The position numbers were made by a program, and so were the translations under genes. DNA of 11,535 bases. Origin: Planctomycetota bacterium. Lineage in GTDB: Bacteria > Planctomycetota > GCA-002687715 > DRQF01. Positions 1 to 6,479 of this stretch are shown in pieces; position 1 is the first letter of the stretch; each line of letters starts with the position of its first letter. The notes under the pieces were generated by a model. It ran no database searches. It was given only the letters and a program-made list of their open reading frames with translations, and was not told where the DNA came from. The stretch covers positions 1 through 11,535 of the forward strand of contig JAZGFI010000148.1 of NCBI GenBank assembly GCA_036479435.1, read 5' to 3'.

Positions 1-93
1 TTCGACAAATACTGGCGCTTCCACCAACGACAACGGCTACATGAAAACCACCTACGAAACTACGAAGGTGGAAAATTGAGACTCGCGGGATGA
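1..93 (+). CDS. Transposase C-terminal fragment (ISKra4-like), 5' part outside the window
   Basis: Open frame from base 1 to TGA at 91-93; 30 aa containing FDKYWRFH...ENHLRNY. Confidence 0.7.
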   Translation, partial: FDKYWRFHQRQRLHENHLRNYEGGKLRLAG

Positions 94-127
94 CCGACAA
101 CATCGTCGTCGCAAAGGAGCCACACCC
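1..127 (+). mobile_element. Right end of a probable ISKra4-family insertion sequence (transposase 3' end plus terminal inverted repeat)
   Basis: Frame +1 reads FDKYWRFHQRQRLHENHLRNYEGGKLRLAG*, resembling the ISKra4 transposase tail (FDxYWxFH...NH..RY). It is followed by AAAGGAGCCACACCC (113-127), similar to the ...AAAGAGCCGCACCC end I recall for this family. The minus-strand gene loses protein-like character at this point. Confidence 0.75.
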
Positions 128-1320
128 AAGACGATGAGCGTATCACCCGCGATCTTTAGCGCTTGAGGCATCGCGCGGATGTTGGCGTCGGTGGGAATTT
201 TCCAATAGCCAACCCAAGCGCCCGAAGACGAAATGGCCGCGACGGTATCGCTGCCTTCGCAGGCGATGTAGACGCGATCGCGGGCGGCATCAAAAGCGAG
301 TCCCCGCGGTTGCGACACGCCCGTGCCCACAGCAATGGCGTCGAGATCAATAATGGTTGGGATTCCGGCGCTGGTCGTATCCACTATCGAGATGCGGTTC
401 GAAACCACTTTGCCACCGGCAAAACTCGGTTCACCTTTGAACAGATTGAGAGCCTCGGTGTTCGTCACCCAAAGCTCGCCGGTGCCAGGTCGGTTGTGGA
501 CGTTGAATAGCGTGGTGCCGAGTGCCTTGACCCACTCGCTATTAAGCGGGATGAGTGTGGGCCCCGAGGGTTGATAAACGAGCAGATCATTATCCGGCAA
601 GGGGTTGATGCCGATGGAGGCGAAATCCGGAAGCGAGACAATCTCGGTGAAGGTCAACGATCCCAAGGCGGCGGTGTTGTTGCCGCTCATGAGCGGTGTC
701 ATGTAAAGTTTGCTGCCAATTCTTTCAAGGCCGCGCGGATCGCGCGCCAGAATCGGCATGGAGTTGATCTTTTGGTAAGTCGTGGTGTCGATGATGTCGA
801 TGCTGCGACCGGATGAGCAGGTGACGTAGGCACGGCTGCCGTTGGCGCTGAAAACCAAAGCCTGCGGCGCACCCTCAGTTTGAATGCTGTGGGTGATCGA
901 GAGCGTGAACGGGCTCCAAACACTCACGCAGTTGCTGATGGTGTCGGTGATCCAAAACTCCCAGGGCCTAAAGGGGTGCTCGTAGACCGAGTTCGGCCCC
1001 AATCCCACTGGCGAGGAGAAAATGCGCTCAAAGGGCTGAATGGTGAAGGCGACGATCTGGCCCGAGGGGCGGTTCAGCGACACCAAGATGTTGCCGTGAA
1101 TCGCGATGGGATCGTAGTGATCGACTTCTTGCATGACGTAGTTTCCCTCGACGTTATCGCGAGGAATGTCGGCATCGCCAAAGGGCAAGGGACCGCCGAT
1201 GGCGACGCCGCCACCGGGCGTGATGGCGGTGGTTCCGCCACCAGGTGGGCTGGTTTGAGATAGCGCGACGCTTGCGGCCAAGAGCAGGCCCAAGCCGCAT
1301 TGGATGAAGATCCGAAACAT
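128..1320 (-). pseudogene. Secreted YVTN/YncE-like beta-propeller protein, interrupted by an IS after about 398 codons (frame reads on into the IS to a stop at 52)
   Basis: ATG at 1320 with GGAGG just upstream; signal peptide MFRIFIQCGLGLLLAASVALSQ. Propeller blade motifs: PQALVFSANGSRAYVTCSSGRSIDIIDT, PRGLAFDAARDRVYIACEGSDTVAAI, ELWVTNTEALN. The last 24 aa (GVAPLRRRCCRSS...) are the antisense of the IS end. Confidence 0.75.
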
Positions 1321-1381
1321 GGATTCGCCTCCGAGATTGGGGATGAAAAGGGGATGAACTCCTTTTGGGAGCGAATCTATT

Positions 1382-1397
1382 GGCGGGATGTCCCGCC
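1382..1397. promoter_or_regulatory. Perfect palindrome, possible operator or hairpin in the divergent intergenic region
   Basis: GGCGGGA-TG-TCCCGCC, 7-bp arms, about 60 nt upstream of the ATG at 1320. Confidence 0.35.
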
Positions 1398-1673
1398 TAA
1401 ATTCTGCGGGGCTGCCGCCCGCCATCGCCAAAGGGTGGTGACTTTGGTCTGACGCAAGTGTTCAGGGTTTGTGATGGGGGAGGGCAGTTCCTCTTTAGTC
1501 CGGAAAGTTGATGGGGCGATAATGATGAAGCCCAGAAAGCGAGGGTTCGGGTGGGAATGCGGGAGAACGATGGCGTTGCGAGGGATGTGACGCCGAATCC
1601 CGGATGAATCCCCAAGCGCCTTCCTCGTCTTAGACCGTTGATCTTGCGGTGGATTGGGCCAGGGGAGGGGACT

Positions 1674-3158
1674 ATGCCAAGCACTCTAAGCTGGAGTCTG
1701 GCCGCAATCTTGTTGGCATTCGCGGGGTCTCTAAGGGCCCAGGTCATTCAGGTGCCGGCAGAGTATCCGACGATTCAGCTGGCGATTGACGCGGCTCCTT
1801 CCGGTGCGGAGATCCGCTTAGCGCCAGGGACCTACGTCCAAGACCGTCTTTCCATCGTCGGCAAGAGCCTTCGCTTGGTGGGCACGGCCGGCGCCCTAGA
1901 AACCTTGCTCCTGCCGACCACCGGCCAGGAGGCTATGGCTTTTGACGGGGCGGGGGTTCACCACCTCGAACTGAAGGGCCTTCATTTTTTTGGCAGCAGC
2001 GGTGTCGGCAGCGCCTTGGTGGTCACCGATGGGCAACTAACTTGCTCGAACTGTATCTTCGAATCGAATACCTCATCCCTGCCGGGAGCAGCTGTTTCGG
2101 TCAGAGCGATTGAGGCTCCCGTCCACGCGGTCTTCGAGCGCAGTGTTTTTCGTTTCAACTTCTCGGGGGCTTCGGCGGGCGCGATCTATCTACAGTCTAG
2201 CTACGAAGGACCGACTCTCGAAGTTTTTCTCACGAGTTGCATCATCCACCACAACTTCGCCACGCAGGGTGCATCGGCCATTGGCGGCATTGTGGACGGC
2301 CCTTTGGTGTTGGCGATCCAGAACACGACACTCTGGGAAAACGTCGTCACCGTTCCGGGGATAGGCGTTGCCACCGTCTACATCTTCGGCGATTTTGGGG
2401 CGACTGGAGTGCTGTCGGGCCTGAACACCATCTGTCGTGACAACCAGCCCGGAGAGTTTATCAGCGACGCTGGCTCCTTGGCGACAGTGCCTTTTAGTAT
2501 CCAAAACGCGCACTGCAACATGGATACGATTCCCGCCGCTGGTGCGGGCAACATCGACGTCGAACCCGGCTTCGTCAACGCGGCGCTGGGAGACTTTTCG
2601 CTTCTTCCCGAGTCGGGCTGCGTCGACGCCGGACTTTGGTACTTCCCCGTGAGCGACACCGACGTCGATGGCGAAGAACGCATCTTTGGATTTGGCTTCG
2701 ACATTGGGGCCGACGAATACCACCCCTTCATTCGGCACGAAGGATCAAACGAAGGGCTCGACGCCGAAGCTCTGGTCTATCCCTTCTCAGCTGCGTTTTA
2801 TCCCGAGGTCTCCGGCGGCGACTTTCTCCGCTTCGACGCCTGGGGTACGCATCCTCCCTTCGACCTCGACCCGATTGCCATCGTCGTTCAGACCTTTGTG
2901 GGAGCGAAGCCCGAATCGCCATTGGGCTTCCCCTCAGCTCACATCAACCCTGATCTCGCCGATCCGCCACATGTGTTGATTGACATCGGTTTCCCAAATT
3001 CCTATCCGAGTTTTCCGGGCGACCCCGTTTCTCTCTTCCGAGAGATTCCCGCAGGATTCGCCGGTCATTCCTTCACGGTGCAGGCCTTCTCCCTGGCGTC
3101 AGTCGCCTTGAACGGCCATTTTGCTGCAAGCCCCGCCTTCGAAATCAAAGTCTTCTAA
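1674..3158 (+). CDS. Secreted right-handed parallel beta-helix (pectin-lyase-like) protein, 494 aa, with a choice-of-anchor-Q-like segment and a ~140-aa C-terminal domain
   Basis: ATG at 1674 after GGGGAGGGG; signal peptide ending ...SLRA|Q. N-terminal cap VPAEYPTIQLAIDAA...IRLAPGTY; repeats NCIFESN, RSVFRFN, SCIIHHN, NTTLWEN; motif GNIDVEPGFV..GDFSLLPESGCVDAG..DVDGEER..DIGADE. Confidence 0.85.
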   Translation: MPSTLSWSLAAILLAFAGSLRAQVIQVPAEYPTIQLAIDAAPSGAEIRLAPGTYVQDRLSIVGKSLRLVGTAGALETLLLPTTGQEAMAFDGAGVHHLELKGLHFFGSSGVGSALVVTDGQLTCSNCIFESNTSSLPGAAVSVRAIEAPVHAVFERSVFRFNFSGASAGAIYLQSSYEGPTLEVFLTSCIIHHNFATQGASAIGGIVDGPLVLAIQNTTLWENVVTVPGIGVATVYIFGDFGATGVLSGLNTICRDNQPGEFISDAGSLATVPFSIQNAHCNMDTIPAAGAGNIDVEPGFVNAALGDFSLLPESGCVDAGLWYFPVSDTDVDGEERIFGFGFDIGADEYHPFIRHEGSNEGLDAEALVYPFSAAFYPEVSGGDFLRFDAWGTHPPFDLDPIAIVVQTFVGAKPESPLGFPSAHINPDLADPPHVLIDIGFPNSYPSFPGDPVSLFREIPAGFAGHSFTVQAFSLASVALNGHFAASPAFEIKVF

Positions 3159-3301
3159 CCATAGCCAGCTGCGGGTTGCCGCAGGCGAGCGAGGCCTCAA
3201 CGACCCGTCGCCGCCGTTGCCAAGGGCGCAAGCCTCATTTGGCTCCTCGGTGGCCTGACTTTGGCATGATCTTGATGTCGGCTTTTGCCCAAAAAGAAGA
3301 C

Positions 3302-3326
3302 GGAACCTAGACCCTGAGCTGGGGTT
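3302..3326 (+). promoter_or_regulatory. Putative ECF-sigma promoter
   Basis: GGAAC (3302-3306)-N17-GTT (3324-3326), about 55 nt upstream of the ATG at 3381. Confidence 0.35.
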
Positions 3327-3380
3327 TACCACCACACAAGATTCCTGCCCCTCGACTCGAAACGGCCTCGGAGACTCAAA

Positions 3381-4424
3381 ATGCGAATTGTGACTTTTCC
3401 CCTCGTCTTGGCCCTCGCTCTTGCCTCCTCGCTCTTCGTCGCTGCGGCTCCGGCCCAAGACCAAAAAACCGATGAGGCCAAGACCGTGACCTTCAAGCGC
3501 GCGACTTTGCGAGTCGGCGACACTATTACCCAGGCCAGCAAATCGAATTCGTCTTCGACCAGCGAGCGTTCGATGAACGGCGAAGAGGCGGAGCCCCGCA
3601 ACTCTAAGACCTCCCGGAGCCTCAAAAAGAAAACCGAGGTCATGGCGATGACAGCGGACAAAGTCAGCGCCATTCGCGTGACCTATACCGAGCTTGAGCG
3701 AGAGACCGCGAGGCCGCAGGGCAACCGTCGCCGCGGTGGCGGTGGACGTCCTGGCGGCAACGAGCGCGCGCCCATGGCAGATGAAGGCGATCTGGTCGGC
3801 AAGACCTACACGCTGACCCTCAAAGACGGCAGGGTCATCGTGACGGGGGCCGACGGCAAAGAAGTGAAGCCCGAAATCGCCGGCCGCGTGAAGCGACTCG
3901 AAACCCGCGACGCCAAGTTTCGCGGTTTCGGCCCCGACGTTTCGGACTTGATTCCCGCAGGTGAGATGAAAATCGGCCATCGTATCGAGATCCCTTCGGC
4001 TCGGAGTCGCGAGTTCATGAGCGCCAACAGTGGCCGCTCGCGCTTCGGTCGTCGCGGGGGCCGTGGAGGCCGCGACGGCCAAGGCGGCGGAGCTAGCCCA
4101 GCCGGACCGAAAGTCAGCCTCATTCTCGAAGACACGACTAAGATTTTGGGTCGCGCCACCGCCGTTTTTCGCATCGAAGTGGTGATGCCGGAACCTGGCG
4201 CAGATCGCGAGGGCATGACCTTGGACATCGAGTCGAAATCCAAAGGCAAGTTCTACGTTGGATTGGAAGATTCGCGTCCCTACCGTGTCGACTTTGAAAA
4301 CGAGACCTCAACCGAAATGAGCTTCGAAACCGACGAGCGCAGCATGGAGATGTCGAGCGAGTCGAAAAGAAAGAGCCAGACGATGTGGATCTACTCGAAA
4401 GTTAAAAAGGCGGCTAAGAGCTAA
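3381..4424 (+). CDS. Secreted hypothetical protein, 347 aa, beta-rich with two Arg/Gly-rich low-complexity segments
   Basis: GGAG RBS at 3371-3374; signal peptide MRIVTFPLVLALALASSLFVAAAPA|Q; alternating beta-strand patterns; followed by a terminator. Confidence 0.85.
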   Translation: MRIVTFPLVLALALASSLFVAAAPAQDQKTDEAKTVTFKRATLRVGDTITQASKSNSSSTSERSMNGEEAEPRNSKTSRSLKKKTEVMAMTADKVSAIRVTYTELERETARPQGNRRRGGGGRPGGNERAPMADEGDLVGKTYTLTLKDGRVIVTGADGKEVKPEIAGRVKRLETRDAKFRGFGPDVSDLIPAGEMKIGHRIEIPSARSREFMSANSGRSRFGRRGGRGGRDGQGGGASPAGPKVSLILEDTTKILGRATAVFRIEVVMPEPGADREGMTLDIESKSKGKFYVGLEDSRPYRVDFENETSTEMSFETDERSMEMSSESKRKSQTMWIYSKVKKAAKS

Positions 4425-4457
4425 ACGCGCAAAGAACCAGAAGCCGTCCTTCCTCGG

Positions 4458-4493
4458 ACCGGCAACCGATAGCCAAAGGTTGCCGGTTTTTTT
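4458..4493 (+). terminator. Intrinsic terminator between converging genes
   Basis: ACCGGCAACC-N10-GGTTGCCGGT stem followed by a T-tract on the + strand. Confidence 0.85.
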
Positions 4494-4516
4494 GATCGCC
4501 GCGCCCCCGCCCCTTC

Positions 4517-6400
4517 TCAACTGCCCTTGGTTGCTCCGGGGCTAGCGTTCCCGGCCATGTTCTCAGGGGCGAGAAGCGCGGCAATTTGATCCTCTTTCAA
4601 GAGCCCCTGCTCGCGCACTAGCTCGACAATGCCGCGGCCGCTCGACAAAGCTTCCTTCGCCAGCTTGCTTGAAGCTGGATATCCCAGCACCGGAACCAAG
4701 GCGGTCACAAGTCCGATGCCGTTTTCAACGTAGCTACGGCAGATGTCAGCGTTGGCGACGATCCCCTCAACGCAATTCACTCGGAAGGTCTGCACTGCAT
4801 TCTGCAAGATCGCGACCGAGTCAAGAATACTCGCCGCGATGACAGGCTCCATGACATTGAGCTGGAGCTGCCCGGCTTCGGCGGCCATCGTCACACTCAA
4901 GTCGTTGCCGATTACGCGGTAGGCGACTTGGTTGACGACTTCGGGAATGACCGGGTTGACCTTGCCGGGCATGATGGATGACCCCGGTTGTTTGGCCGGC
5001 AAGTTGATCTCGTTCAGCCCTGCGCGCGGCCCGGACGACAACAGACGCAGATCGCTCGCGATCTTCGAGACCTTGATCGCAAGGCTTTTGAGCGCTGATG
5101 AAAACATCACAAAACTCTGAGTGCTCTGTGTCGATTCGATGAGGTCCTCGGCCAAAGCCAAGTCCAGCTTGCTGACCGCCGCGAGATGCTCGACGACTTT
5201 TCGGGCGTAGCCCTTAGGAGCGTTGAGCCCGGTGCCAATGGCGGTGCCGCCCATGTTGATGGAGTAGAGCAGGCGCGTTGAAGACTGGAGGGTTTTGATC
5301 TCTTGCTCAAGACTGACGGCAAAGGCCCTGAATTCCTGTCCGAGGGTCATCGGGACCGCATCTTGCAGCTGCGTGCGTCCCATCTTGATGATGGCCGCGA
5401 ATTCTTTTCCCTTGGCCTCAAAGGCCGAAACGAGGAGTCGCAAGGTTTCGACCAGTCGATTGCCGCTCGTTGCCATCGCGATCTTCAAGGCGGTGGGGTA
5501 GACGTCATTCGTCGACTGCGATCTATTGACATCGTTGTTGGGATGGCAGAACTCGTACTCGCCCTTTGACTTGCCTAAGAACTCAAGCGCACGATTCGCG
5601 ATGACCTCGTTGGCGTTCATGTTGGTCGAGGTACCCGCGCCGCCTTGCAGCAAATCCACGGGGAAGTGATCGTGCAAGCGCCCGCGCACGATTTCAAAAC
5701 CGGCTTTCGTGATAGCTTTCGCGCGGTCTTCATCCATCGCCCCGCAATCGAAGTTTGCCTTCGCCGCCGCGATCTTCACCATCGCTAAGGCGACGATCAG
5801 TTGTCCGTAGCGGCTAATCGGCACGCCCGTGATCTCGAAGTTCGCGAGCGCGCGCGCGGTCTGCACGCCGTAGTAGGCCTCGTGCGGAACGTCAAGCTCG
5901 CCGATCATGTCTTTCTCGCGGCGCTTTTGGCCCGTCGAATAAGAGCGTGCTTCCGGACCCGCTTGGTGCCGAATTTGGTCGACGCGGCCGACAACGCTGC
6001 GGACAAAACCCTTCAAGACTCGAGCTTCAAATCGTGGGTTGTCAATGAAGAGCGCTGAGAAGTCGTCGTGCGCGATCTCCAAGACTTCTACGTCTTTCTC
6101 GGCCACGGCGGTGGTGGTGTGGAAGGTGTCTTCCAAAAACACCCCTTCGCCGATCATGTCGCCGCGCCCGTAACTGATGAGCGCCTTCAATTCTCCAAAG
6201 GGGTCTTTGGCACTGAGGGCAATGCGACCCTTCAGGATGACCCGCATGAACTTGCGCGAGTCTCCCTCCTGGAAGAGCACTGACTTGGCCGTATAGGTCT
6301 TTTGGGCCGTTCTTTGTAGGTAGCACTCGAGTTCATCATGATTCAGATCCTGGAAAAGCGAGATCTGGGCCACGAGTTCGCGGTCGGCAGCGTTGAGCAT
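4517..6400 (-). CDS. aspA: Aspartate ammonia-lyase with N-terminal cyclic-nucleotide-binding (Crp-like) domain, 627 aa
   Basis: Aspartase/fumarase motifs YYGVQTARA, QGGAGTSTNMNANE, HPNNDVNRSQSTNDVYPT, KMGRTQLQDA, GSSIMPGKVNPVIPE, GQLQLNVMEP. TQLQDA, GGAGTS and IPE favour AspA over FumC. The first ~150 aa show LFQDL, LFQEGD, ILKGRIAL, GDMIGE. Start placed at ATG 6400 because the longer ORF overlaps the divergent gene. Confidence 0.93.
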   Translation of the reverse strand: MLNAADRELVAQISLFQDLNHDELECYLQRTAQKTYTAKSVLFQEGDSRKFMRVILKGRIALSAKDPFGELKALISYGRGDMIGEGVFLEDTFHTTTAVAEKDVEVLEIAHDDFSALFIDNPRFEARVLKGFVRSVVGRVDQIRHQAGPEARSYSTGQKRREKDMIGELDVPHEAYYGVQTARALANFEITGVPISRYGQLIVALAMVKIAAAKANFDCGAMDEDRAKAITKAGFEIVRGRLHDHFPVDLLQGGAGTSTNMNANEVIANRALEFLGKSKGEYEFCHPNNDVNRSQSTNDVYPTALKIAMATSGNRLVETLRLLVSAFEAKGKEFAAIIKMGRTQLQDAVPMTLGQEFRAFAVSLEQEIKTLQSSTRLLYSINMGGTAIGTGLNAPKGYARKVVEHLAAVSKLDLALAEDLIESTQSTQSFVMFSSALKSLAIKVSKIASDLRLLSSGPRAGLNEINLPAKQPGSSIMPGKVNPVIPEVVNQVAYRVIGNDLSVTMAAEAGQLQLNVMEPVIAASILDSVAILQNAVQTFRVNCVEGIVANADICRSYVENGIGLVTALVPVLGYPASSKLAKEALSSGRGIVELVREQGLLKEDQIAALLAPENMAGNASPGATKGS

Positions 6401-6440
6401 GAAAGGGCATCCAAGAAGTTCTCTGAGTCGACTAGATGGA

Positions 6441-6449
6441 TGGTAAACT
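6441..6449 (+). promoter_or_regulatory. Putative extended -10 promoter for the DUF1592/DUF1552 operon
   Basis: TG-G-TAAACT matches TGnTAnnnT, about 30 nt upstream of the start in a 79-bp divergent gap. Confidence 0.45.
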
Positions 6450-6479
6450 CTCGCGGTCGTTCTTGCTGGAGGGTTGGCT

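Noticed and set aside
52..127. Natural C-terminus or simple frameshift of the propeller gene
   Set aside because: The segment is better explained as an IS end, given the transposase-like tail and inverted-repeat motif on the + strand.
1321..1431. N-terminal extension of the 459-aa ORF
   Set aside because: ATG 1320 has a GGAGG RBS and directly begins a signal peptide.
1638..1673. TTG start of the 506-aa ORF
   Set aside because: ATG 1674 has a strong RBS and begins the signal peptide.
3262..3276. Sigma-54-like TGGCATGATCTTGAT
   Set aside because: The required GG-N10-GC spacing is not met: it is one base short and has GA instead of GC.
3099..4082. 327-aa antisense ORF and the other short overlapping ORFs in the track
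   Set aside because: They are shadow frames of well-supported genes in GC-rich DNA and have no recognisable motifs.
4517..5920. Class II fumarase (fumC) assignment
   Set aside because: TQLQDA, GGAGTSTNMN and VNPVIPE match aspartase rather than FumC (THLQDA, GSGTQSNMN, VNPTQCE).
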